A stretch of 64,000 nt of DNA from Eukaryota sp. TZLM1-RC (lineage: Eukaryota; Protista; Metamonada: BaSk clade). Shown piece by piece: positions 49,845 to 60,665 of the stretch (positions are counted from its first letter, which is position 1; each line of letters opens with the position of its first letter). Position numbers and translations under genes: made by a program. The DNA lies in contig JAUPSS010000009.1 of the NCBI GenBank assembly GCA_040285825.1, positions 806,001 to 870,000 on the forward strand. The letters are read 5' to 3'. The notes beneath the pieces were generated by a model. That model was not told where the DNA came from. It saw nothing but the letters and a program-made list of their open reading frames with translations, and did not search any database.

Positions 49845-51230
49845 TCAAATCTGTTTATTGATTTTTCTTGGAAATCTTAAAAATATTTTCTGCTTCTACT
49901 GACAGTCTTCTGTTTATAGAAAAAGAAAAAGCAAAAAACAAATGTTGTCTGTTTCTATCAGCATTGGGTTTGATAACTTGGTGGTTTTTTTCAAAGTATT
50001 TCTCTCACTTTAAATACAAAAGCATCTACAAGATTAACTTATTGTTCTTTGAACCAAGTGTAATTAGCAACAGTACAGGAGAGAAAGTCAACAACAGCTT
50101 CAGAGTTATCAATCCAATCTAAGTATATATCGCGTCTATCATCAGAACCAAAATTATTCAATGACAGTGTTTCTTTCAACAGATGCTCTTTGATACATGA
50201 GATTTTGGACTTTCTTGCCATTTTAAAAACAGTGTCACAAAAAGCATAATCAAGTGAAAAAAAATTAGTTATCAATTTCGAACAATTTAATTCATAAGCT
50301 GTGATGAATTAATAGAAATTGATTAATGGGAGTAATGACATATAATTTCATTTTTTAATTAATTTTAAATATTTTGATTAATGGCGCTTCAAAAACTTCA
50401 TTACCAGCACATGTTCCAAATCTTTGTAACACAATGATGACAAATAGTGATGAATCGGATGGCTTATTCTCACACACACACCTTTTTTTAAATTAATGAA
50501 TGAAGATCTTGATCTCAAACAGCTGGGCTGCATAAATTTTTAAACAAATCATCTTCATACATTTTGGTCAATCGATTTTGTAATGTTCGAAGCGTGTATT
50601 TGAATTCCAATAATTTTGTTCAGGAATACTACCATTAAAGGCTTGAGACATCGATTCTACTTTTGAAATTGCTTCAACTATGCTTGAACTTGCTTGAACT
50701 TTGCGTTGTCACTAACAACTCTTTCCAATCTGCAAATGTTTCAGTTAACTCATATATTGCATTTCTGCATTCATCGATAAGAGCACATGAAGAAAGAATA
50801 GAAGCCTATGTCCGACCTAAACCGCCATAATGTGGACTAAAATAAGCATGATCAGGAACTTGGGAGATTTTACATCCTATCCCATTGCATAATAATTGAA
50901 CCACAACTCTAGAGACCAAAAGATTAATAGATCAAAATATGTTATTGAAATGTGAATTGAAACATAGTCTTATTATGCTAAATTTGTTATGTTTTTTTAC
51001 ATCCATGTTCATCATTTATTCAATTTTGACAGAATGAAGTTCAATTTTTCAAGTTATTGTTTGAAAATTCGTCATTATTGCCCAAACACCAACATAGTTG
51101 ACAAACACAATCAGATGAATATAAGTACTTGATTTTCAATGTCATTATCTATTGTTGAAACTGGAGAATTTGAAAATGCAGAACAATTGAGTAAGTTTAG
51201 ATCGATAATTCTTTTGGTGAACCGAAAGTT
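49845..51230 (-). mobile_element. Decayed RLE family A copy; its 5' region may extend to about 52010
   Basis: Colinear with about 16900-18340 (PHYGGLG, KETLSLNNFGSDD). Confidence 0.85.
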
Positions 51231-52139
51231 TAAAGCTTTTTTCACAATTGTTATGTCGCCCATTGAAACCACATCTTCATGGATCAATCATTATTTATGA
51301 AGGTACATTGCTTGAATTCTCACATACATTTTTTCTCAATAACAAAAGAATCAACATCTTGGTCCAAAACTGCCGAGTAGCGGATATTTTTTTTAAAATA
51401 GATCATCATTGTTTTTTCATAACATTGAAGAGAATTAAATCTGAAAGGATAGCTTGACAAATTTTAGTCTTAACTTCATTAAACGTACCATTAAAGAGAT
51501 GGTGCACAATTAAAGCATCAATATTGAGTTTGATTTCTAAGAGTTAGACATAGCAGAGTAGTTGTTTTTTACATCGATTTCCACTTTGTAGGTTGATTTC
51601 CACTTCGATTTATGGTCAGACTGTTGACTATCTTCAAATTCAATTTAATTACTGTTTCCGATCTATTTTCATCAAAAACGAACCTTTTTTATTTTATTGA
51701 AATGAAAAAATGCATTTGATTTAATAGTCAAAGTATTTATTAATCCTCCCATGACAAACAATAGAGACAGGCCGTAATATTGTAATGGAGAAAAGTTGGA
51801 TTGTGAAGGAGCTGACGATGGACAGAAATGGCCACATAGGAAGAGAGTGGTGGGATTTAGGACGAGTCCAACAGTTGCTTTAAGAGAACCAACTGCAGGT
51901 ATAAGGTAATAATAAATGACAGAAGAGTAGAAAAATCGGTAGAAGGGGTACAAGGGGAGTTCTGAAGCTCGGAAAAGAAGGTAAGTGAGGGAAATAAAAA
52001 GCTAGTTTATGAAGTGAGGGGAAAGTGTAGGAATAGAGAAAAACCTCCCAAAACCAAGTTGAGGGTTACAAACCTCCCAAAACAGGCAACCAGAGGTCGA
52101 AAATGGGGTGACAAGTGTAAAATTTGGCTGTTTATTCTC

Positions 52140-54142
52140 ACCACATGTCAGACACCCACTCTGTCACGTGTATTCACTGAATCTTGTGCACTTAACTCGC
52201 TGCTGACCCCTTCAGCGGTGCAACAAATTCGGACTGACCTTCCTTTGGTCACCGAGATTTGTCATGAAGCTTCTTTATTGCTTCAATCTTTTCTTCTAAA
52301 TTTTCCGTTGGCTTCTAGAGCTTTAGTGGAACAGGATGTATGGTGTCTTTTTATGACCTTCATCACCACTGGTTCTTTTCCAAAGCCATCCACTTACAAG
52401 GGACAAAGCCAATTACTCCTTATTTTTTACAGTGAATTTTTTCCTGAATGTCCACAGGACAGGTCTCTTGTTTCTTCATGGGAAAATACTTTAGTACCTT
52501 ATAGATATTCATTCAATCTTTTCCTCAATGATTGGCTGCAATCTCAGAAAGGTAATTTTATCAATAGAAAAGGGCTTTCTCCTTACCTTGCTTGTCGGGC
52601 TCGTCAATTGGCGTCTAACGTTAAGACAAGTTTACCTAAAATTTGTCAATCCTGGACAAAAAAATTCATTCGTGCTCATTGTAGAGCTCTAGATAAAACG
52701 AATGTCTGTGCCAATTTTCTTTTCTCTCTTTTACCAGATAAACTCTTAGTCCAAATCGAAGAAGTAGTTGTTGATTCTGTTATCGAACACTACATCAATT
52801 TCAATCTGAATAATTCAAAAGAAAGATTCTTTTTATTAAATGCATGTAAATTTATCTTGAATCTCCTTCAAAGATTTCATGTCACTGCTTCTCTACTGTT
52901 TTCACAAGATAAAATCACCTTTTCATCAAAGGAAATTGGTGAACTTTTTCTCTTTAACCTTAAAAATTCACAATACTTACTCACTTTCTTTTCTCATATG
53001 CTTTGCTTCAAAAAATTTAGAAAAATACCTTTAGCTTCTCATAAAGGTTCTAAATTTCATGAGGTACCTTCACAAATTTTCCATTCTGTGAAAAAATTCC
53101 CACTTATTGAAAGATCATCTTCCAAAACAAAGTTCATCAAAAATACACGTCTGAAACGAAAATTCAAACAATGTTTTTACCAAGAATTTTATATCAAAAG
53201 AAAAAGTTTGAAAAATAGTTTTGAACAAATTTTATGGAAAACTAATGGTAATGAACTGGTTTTCCCATTTCAAAGTAAAAACTATAACTCAGAAAGCACA
53301 GATGAGCTGGATGAACCACCGAAAAAGAAACGAAGATTGAAAAAAGAAATGAAAAGTGACCCTGATGCCAACAAAACCAGAGAAACATAGTTGAAGGGCA
53401 CTAAAAAATGCCCCGTCGAAGAAGACGTAGACATCCAGTCGAAATTTTACCTGAAAGGCCCCTTATTGGCGTTGATCTGGGCCAATCTAGATTATGTGGT
53501 TACTTCTTAAATGTTAATCAATGTGGAGTTATCCCTTGTCCAACTGGTAGAAGATATATGACAGAACCTTCACCCAGTAAACAGTCTCTTAACCAATATT
53601 CCGTTTAAAATTTCAACCAATATTTGAACCAAATTGGAATTTGGTCAGGAGGAAAGTGGATTTTGAAAGTAATCGCCAGAAATGGAAAATAATTAAATTT
53701 GATAACTGCAGACGAAAAGAGAGACGGTTCCGAAAGAGTCTCAACAAATTTCAAAGGCTGGCTGGACATCCTGATAAACTCTACCTTGCTGTGGGTTCTG
53801 CTAATTTTCCTTTTCATTACCGGAAAGACAATCGATATGGATCAGCAAGGGCTTTTAGAAAATGGTAGTGTTATCAAAAGGACGTGAAGCACTTGTCAAC
53901 CAGTGAATTTAATACATGCAAACTGTCAAGTTGTTGCATGGCCGAGAATATTCAAACAGGCTCATGGCAGATGCGTAATTGTACTGAAATGTCAAATAGT
54001 ATATGACAGAGATATTTCCGCTGCAAAAAATGTTCAAATTAAGAAGAAAACGGAATTGTGGCCGGAAAGACACAACCTGCCCAGATGCTCTCTTGAGGAG
54101 ATGAATGGGGAACCTGAGCATACAGAAACAAAAACTTTTTAA
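52140..54142 (+). pseudogene. Fanzor1 (eukaryotic TnpB/Cas12-like RuvC nuclease), disrupted
   Basis: RuvC-I IGVDLG (D 53474), LAVGSANF, RuvC-II SEFNTCK (E 53905), Zn finger SSCC...NCTE/CQ, RuvC-III DRDISAAKN (D 54011). N-terminal ESCALNSLL...VTEICHEASLLL and WKTNG resemble Fanzor1 WED/REC. NLS-like PPKKKRR. Several stops and frameshifts. Confidence 0.85.
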
Positions 54143-54199
54143 AAACTGATATTTTATTTTGAGTTATTTATTTTTTCAATTTTTTTGAAAATCTTTTGA

Positions 54200-54335
54200 G
54201 ACCGATCTACAAATATCTTAGTGGCATTTGGTAAAACCACTTAGATACATCAAGTCGCGAGGCTTTGTTCTGTGAAAGCAGTAGGTGTATTTAAGTGAGG
54301 TAGCCCATTGATGAAGATCATGATTGTCTTTGTCA
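54200..54335 (+). ncRNA. Candidate Fanzor omegaRNA scaffold
   Basis: A 13-bp stem (54238-54250 with 54285-54297) encloses AAGTC-GCGA-GGCTT and CTGT-GAAA-GCAG GNRA hairpins. Outer pairings 54218-54224/54305-54311 and GATCT/AGATC. Starts about 60 nt after the Fanzor stop. Confidence 0.6.
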
Positions 54336-54474
54336 AATGACGCTACACATCTCTTACAGCCTGTGAGTAGACATTGAGAAAGTCGAAAACAGGAATGAAT
54401 TTCACAGGGGAATGTATGATAAGTGAAATTCTCTATAATCCTCCCATAATCTCTCTCCAGTCAATGTACAATAG

Positions 54475-56279
54475 ATGTCCTTTCTTCTAGGCAAACATGG
54501 CACTAGATCTTCTCGACAACCTATCAAGTCTCATCCTCCCGTTTTTGGTGTTTCCCTTTCAGATCTTCCTCCTTCTGAACTCCCCATTCCTTCTGTCGTC
54601 CGTACTTGTGTAAGCTTCATTGAAACAAACTGTACGTGTAAAGTAATTCTTTAACCAAAGGTCTCAAAGTACAAGGCATCTTTCGTGTTCCCGGCGTTGT
54701 TTCCCAGATCCTCGAACTCAAGTCTCGCTTTGATTCAGGCGAAAATGTTGATTTCTCATCAACCACCAACCCAAACGACGTCTGTGGAGTCCTCAAGCTA
54801 TATTTCCGTGAATTAGGTGAACCACTCATCCCATACGGCTTATTTTCTCAAGTTTTCTCTTCCGAAACGCTCACAAATCTGGAAACTTTTGAAGACTTCT
54901 TACCACGTCTCAAAAAACTAATCAACCTTCTACCTGACAACAACCGCATCCTTCTCCACTATCTATGCCAATTCCTTGCTCTAGTTGCGTCTTACCACCA
55001 TTATAACAAGATGACTGTGGAGAATATTTCACTTGTTTTTGTACCCAATATCATTAGGTCGTCTAGTAGTGATAAGAAAGATTTGTACAACCCAAAAGAT
55101 ATGAAACCTTTTGTGACGTGTTTTAAACTGTTAATTCAGCATTTTGAGGAAATTTTCAGTACTGGTGACGAAGAGATCAAGGAAAATTTAGATGAAATTA
55201 GTGAAAATTTGGAAATGTCACCACCACTTAGCTCACCCTCGCCGCCAATCAAATCACCTTTACAATCAGACGAAGTTGATTATCTATCTCAGAAAGTCAT
55301 CAATCAATTGCTATTTGGTGATGTCGATTTGATTGATTTAGGATTAGTCAATCAAAGACAATCGAATGTTGAGTTTTCCACGCTCTGTAACAGTATCAAT
55401 GAAGATTTTCGTGTAAAGTCACACAGTCTAGCTCAAAAATGGAGGAAGGAGGTCAAAAACGAGGCTAAAAAGATTACCAACACCAGGAATTATTCTCGTG
55501 ATTACGTGGCAGTTTCCTTTCGCGATTTATCAAATTTTGATATCCAATCATTTTCTGCGACTTTATTTCAACTAAAATCAGAAATTCACGATTTTGAACA
55601 CAAATTTCAAATGAACAATAATGGGAAAAAACCACATGGAAGAGAGCGAGACCCGATAAGGCCGAAATTAGAAGAGTATTTTAATTTGCATCGAAAATTA
55701 AAAAACATATGTGCTATTAAAATTCAATCCTTAATAAGGGCATTTTTGAAAAAGAAAAACTTCCAGAATTCTGGAATGTCTGCTCAATTATCCCCTCTGG
55801 AGGTGCTAAACTATCGGCTTGCTGCTATCAGAATTGAGGAAAAGCGCCCATCTGATATGAATTTAATGAATCTAGAACAGAAAAAACAAGAAAAAACCGC
55901 AATTAAACGAGAATTACGAAATTTTGACTTAAATTTTGAACAAAAATACGGTCGTGAGCCTTCCCGTGAAGACAAAGAAATAATGAGACCTTTGTACCAT
56001 CGCTATAAATCAATTGGAAAAATGATTGATGACGAATCTAAATTATCAACAGTTCAAGAAAGTGCTGAACTTTTTGATACAATTTTATTACCTCAAATAA
56101 GTTTGCCAGCCTACTCAGAACCAGTTGGGAGGTGTATGTCAAATTCAGAGTATCATTCGCTAGTACAGACAAGAGCTCAATTAAGAGATGACTTGAGAAG
56201 ACTTTCTAGCCAAGTCGTTGCGGTTCATAGGAAGTATATAGAAGTAGAAAAACGAATGAGTGCGATCGAAAGGATGTAG
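54475..56279 (+). CDS. RhoGAP - IQ - FAM13-like C-terminal repeat protein; intron at 54632-54660
   Basis: VFGVSL...IPSVV..C...GIFRVPG arginine finger, LKLYFRELGEPL, NKMTVENISLVFVPNI; IQSLIRAFL; two L..F...F...GR.P...D....Y..Y units. The true start lies upstream of the ORF-track start. Confidence 0.85.
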
Positions 56280-56664
56280 GAGTCAATATTTAATAAATTA
56301 TTTAAAGTTTGTTTTCTTTTTGTTGCAATAAAGTAGTTCTTCTATGGGTTTCTGAGCTAGAATTCAATGATGATTAAACTTGCATATCAACTGATTTCCA
56401 AGAACATGATTAACACGTTGTAAAAATGAGTATTTTAAAAAATTGAAGACGTTCGGCTTCTCTATTGGACATTAAATAATCTGATCATTCACTGACATAA
56501 CTTGGGTTGGTTGACCAAATTCCGACTCAAGCAATCACAACATTTAAACACGCTCAGCTTCTACCTGAAAGATCTCCCATTGATCGGTCGACATAGCACG
56601 GGAGTTCAACACTTCTAAAATCCATTATTTTCAGAAACAAGCAAAATAGATTGACTAAATTTCA

Positions 56665-57150
56665 ATGCATCGCGGAGGATTTCCTGGACAACGGCCTCAT
56701 AATAGAAGATTTCCCGGACCACATCGTGGGGGTTATCCTGGACAGCAACCACCTTGGCAACCACCCAATAATGGTGGATTTCCTGCAGCACGACCTGGTG
56801 GATTGCCTGGAGCACGACCTGGTGGATTTCCCGGACAACAACCACCTTGGCAACCACCCAATAATGGTGGATTTCCTGGACCACATCCTGGGGGTTATCC
56901 TGGACAGCAGCCAGCTTGGCAACCACCCAATAATGGTGGATTTCCTGGACCACATCCTGGGGGTTATCCTGGACAGCAGCCAGCTTGGCAACCACCCAAT
57001 AATGGTGGAATTCCTGGACCACATCCTGGGGGTTATCCTGGACAGCAGCCAGCTTGGCAACCACCCAATAATGGTGGATTTCCTGGACCACATCCTGGGG
57101 GTTATCCTGGACAGCAGGGTGGATTTCCTGGACAGCATCCCCGATATTAG
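56665..57150 (+). CDS. Gly/Pro/Gln-rich low-complexity repeat protein, 161 aa
   Basis: ATG to TAG; 69-nt (23-aa) units [23 protein letters not shown]. Confidence 0.7.
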   Translation: MHRGGFPGQRPHNRRFPGPHRGGYPGQQPPWQPPNNGGFPAARPGGLPGARPGGFPGQQPPWQPPNNGGFPGPHPGGYPGQQPAWQPPNNGGFPGPHPGGYPGQQPAWQPPNNGGIPGPHPGGYPGQQPAWQPPNNGGFPGPHPGGYPGQQGGFPGQHPRY

Positions 57151-57639
57151 ATTTTGTACAGATCCATTTGATCAGCTGTTATTTGTAAACTCGTATATAG
57201 TCTCTTGGTACAACACTTAGTTCATAATCTTTAATCGATTTCTCAACAATATTCTTCATTGGTTCGTCTTTAATGATTTGAGGCAAGTCGCACGTTAAAT
57301 GACATCAGAATATAGCTCGTATATCATTAAATATAGGCAGTATCTTGTCAATGATGGAGAATTAAAATCATGACAGAAAGTACAAGATCTTGTGGTTTTT
57401 TCATTCCTTGACTCTGTAAGCAAGATAATAATATCAATTGTTACTACATTTAGTACATTTTGCCTGGAATAATGTTGAACTATTCTCTTTTGTTCATGAT
57501 AAGAGATTATAACTTCAATGATGTGTTGTTAACCCAGAAAAGGTCATTCTGAACAAAAACTAGATGGATGCCAATCATAACATTTATTGAAATTTGTATT
57601 AGTTTGCGAAGCTATTCAGTGCTGATTTTACTTTCAGTT

Positions 57640-58700
57640 GTTCAAATTCAATCTACCTCCTCCGCAATGCTTTTCAGATGTGAAATGTAAATTTGGTGCT
57701 TATGGTTCTTTTGATCACCATCTTTCTTGCTGTAAATTCACTCAAAAAAGATCAATTATCCACACTGCTGTTCGTGATTGCATTATATTATGATCTGTCA
57801 AAGTGTGCTCATCATCCAGGTCGTTTCGAACCTCCGTTTGATGAATTTAGTATAATTTTGAGCCAAAAACGAGGTGATGTTCAGTGTGTATGGTATGATG
57901 GAACTGAACTATTTATCAATTATTCTACCGAGTCTCCATGGAAAAGAAGTTCCAAATCTGACATTCAACATTTACTCAAAGCTGCTGAGCTTTTCTTGAA
58001 ATCAAAATACGAAGCCCTTCTACAACGTCTCATTGGAGCAAGGGGCAGAAACATCAAATTTATCGCAATTGCTATTTCATTTTTTGCTACCATTGGAACT
58101 GAAGGTCTCAATTTTTAAGATGATTTAGGAAATCTTTTCAAAGAAAGTGGTTGTCCATTCGATTTCTTGATTTGGAAAAACCGAATTACATTTTCGTTAT
58201 TGAAAGCTCTTTCTCGTTATTTTAACTCTATTTTGATGAATATCACGGAAATTTATAACAAGCAGGGATGCTATACAAGTAAATAGCAAAATCCCCCGTC
58301 ATTTAATTGATGGGGTTTGAGTAGGTTAAAGCTTTACTTAAGGTTTGATATTGAGTTTTAAAATGTGACTGTTTTTGGAATAAATTTTTTCTTTTGATTG
58401 TTCCTTAATTAATTAATGAATTTTGTGATGATAATTTTTCAATTCTTGTCCCACACTACGAAAAGCACCAAAATCTAAAGAACTTCTATTGAATCATGTA
58501 TTATGAAGAAAATTACCATTAGATTTTTGAACATATGTTTTTGGCAAAATAGAATTGTGTTTTATTTATTTAGGGGGTTGTCGAAAATGGTTTCTGATGT
58601 CATGTTTTCTCTTGTATCTCACAATGAGAGAGTTGTATCTATTTGATTTGTTTTGGGAGAGATGGATTGTTTAGATCTTGATTTATAAGTTTTCTGATAA
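57640..58700 (+). mobile_element. 3' RLE fragments of further non-LTR families
   Basis: FEP...KRGDVQCVW...LKSKY...FIAIAISFFATIG; WKNRI at about 58170 and WQNRIVF at about 58545. Confidence 0.6.
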
Positions 58701-59096
58701 ATAAATATTATTAAAGAAATGTTGATGTTCCTACGCACTTCCATTACCACAGAGCACACTAATTAGTTCCATGTAGAATTAATTTTGAATGATCACGAAT
58801 AACAACAACAACCAACAAGCTCAAAATGGAAGCATTTGGTCTAATTCCAAAATAGGTCCAAAATTTGAGGGAAATTTAGTGTTTGTTCACGCAGAAGAAT
58901 ACTTGTTTTCACTGAGAGAAAACTGATAGTTCTCAATCACACCATTAATTTCAATTAATTTCAATTAATAAGATTCTTAATTAGGTTGTTTTGAAGAACG
59001 CTGAATATTGGTTTGTGATGAAGCATTTGAAACACCTTCATAAGGAACAACGACAATATTTTAAATTAACTTTGACATGATAAACACATTTAAATA

Positions 59097-59300
59097 ATGT
59101 TTATCACTGTGGCGAAAAGAACACCACAAAAGAGGACTCCACAGTGGAGAACGCACATTGGAGATGTTTACCGAATAATAAACATTCCGTGTGTTATACG
59201 AACAGACTGCGGAAAATCATATGCTGCAACCATTGCCCAATGGTTGACTGAATTAAATGTACAAGGTTCAGTAGCTCAATTGGAAATACTGTTCAAATAA
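59097..59300 (+). mobile_element. Retroviral-type integrase core (rve) fragment
   Basis: NIPCVIRTDCGKSY matches P..I.TD.G..F/Y. Confidence 0.45.
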
Positions 59301-59439
59301 ATACTAAATTAAAATAAATATATTTCAAATTACGGTCAATGTTTGCAAGGTAATTTTTTTAAGAAACTTATTCTATTCAAAAGAATTGTTAAAAACTAAA
59401 AATCAATAAGATCAAACTCCATATCTACCATTCAAAATT

Positions 59440-59760
59440 TACCTATAGCATTTTCTTCATAAAATCTTCCTAGTGATAACAATGAGCTAGAAACAAGGCT
59501 ATGTTATCCTTGAAAAATAGAAAATACAATTCTATTGCCAAAAGGCTCGGTCAAATATTCTTTCAGTTCTGTTTTTGACAATAGATGAAAAATCGTCTAA
59601 AAAAACAACTCAGTTTTCCCCCAGATTCGAGAAAAAGGAACAGCAAAAGGACAAAGAAGTTATTGAGTATGTGAGTTGGAATTCAGATTATTGATTTTTT
59701 TCATCTTACTTGATAATTTCCGCTTCTTCAGCTCTACGTAAAGGTGTATTATAGAATTGA
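59440..59760 (-). mobile_element. 3' RLE fragment of the second non-LTR family
   Basis: The reverse strand reads LRRAEEAEIIK...NNLNSNSHTQ..CPFA...FWQ.NCIF, like 24016-24290. Confidence 0.6.
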
Positions 59761-60665
59761 AAGACAACGAAATATCAATATTGTTCACAAAATTTACTTA
59801 GATTCAACTTAAACGAATTGTTTCCTTATTTCCTCAATTATCAGGTTTAAGATGAAAAGAAATTTTAATATTACATCAACTTCCTTGAGAACATAACCAC
59901 AGACACGACATATTATAAAACTATTATCGTAGTTGTTTGCTGATTTTTGTGTGCTGTCTTTTCTATTGATATAAATATATCCAAGAACACAGATGCTGTT
60001 GAAAAAATAAAAAATGTTTTCAATTTAAGTCCAATATCTACATTATGAAACATTTATAGATTAAGTGTTGTTATTGAAAGCAGCATCAACCCCAAGGTTA
60101 AAACCTGTATCTTTGCCATATATATGTTGACCAGATTCTTAGTCTTGTCTTAATCGTTGGTAATCATTCATTGAAAAATTTCCTTCAATGGTGATTTACA
60201 CTGCTAATTTTGCACATGAATTCAAATAAAAACACAACTAAAGAGAAAACAATAAAAGTTGGACCACAAGCAATATAAAGGTTATAGCAATCCAACAACA
60301 AGATTCGTAGCGTTCTTCCCAGTTGAACTTCTCTCGCACATTAAAACAGTACATCTGTTCTATTCGTTTATCCTTATTTATTGACTGAATAGTCCTTAAA
60401 CAAATAAAAGTATAGTGATTTCTAAAATGAAGTGTTCTACAACAAGTTTAGGGAATATTTCAACTATAAAATGAGATAAAAAATATTTATTCAACTACAC
60501 ATACAATAAGACAAGATTATTGGAAAAAAATGTTAAGAAAGAATAAGAAAAAATAATTTACATCAAAAAGACAGATAAAACTAAACAAAAAACTATGTGT
60601 AAATAGCAAAAAAACGGGGAGGGGGCAAATTGTAATAGAAAAAGAACAGGTGCCCGAAATAATCG

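Noticed and set aside
52041-52083. Direct repeat AAACCTCCCAAAAC x2 as the Fanzor left end
   Set aside because: No matching right-end sequence or TSD was found; it could equally belong to the 5' end of the adjacent retroelement.
54238-54320. Hammerhead ribozyme or tRNA
   Set aside because: No CUGANGA core and no T-loop/D-loop consensus.
56700-57120. CRISPR-like array
   Set aside because: The 69-nt units are contiguous with no unique spacers and encode an in-frame repeat protein; the alternative-frame ORFs are by-products.
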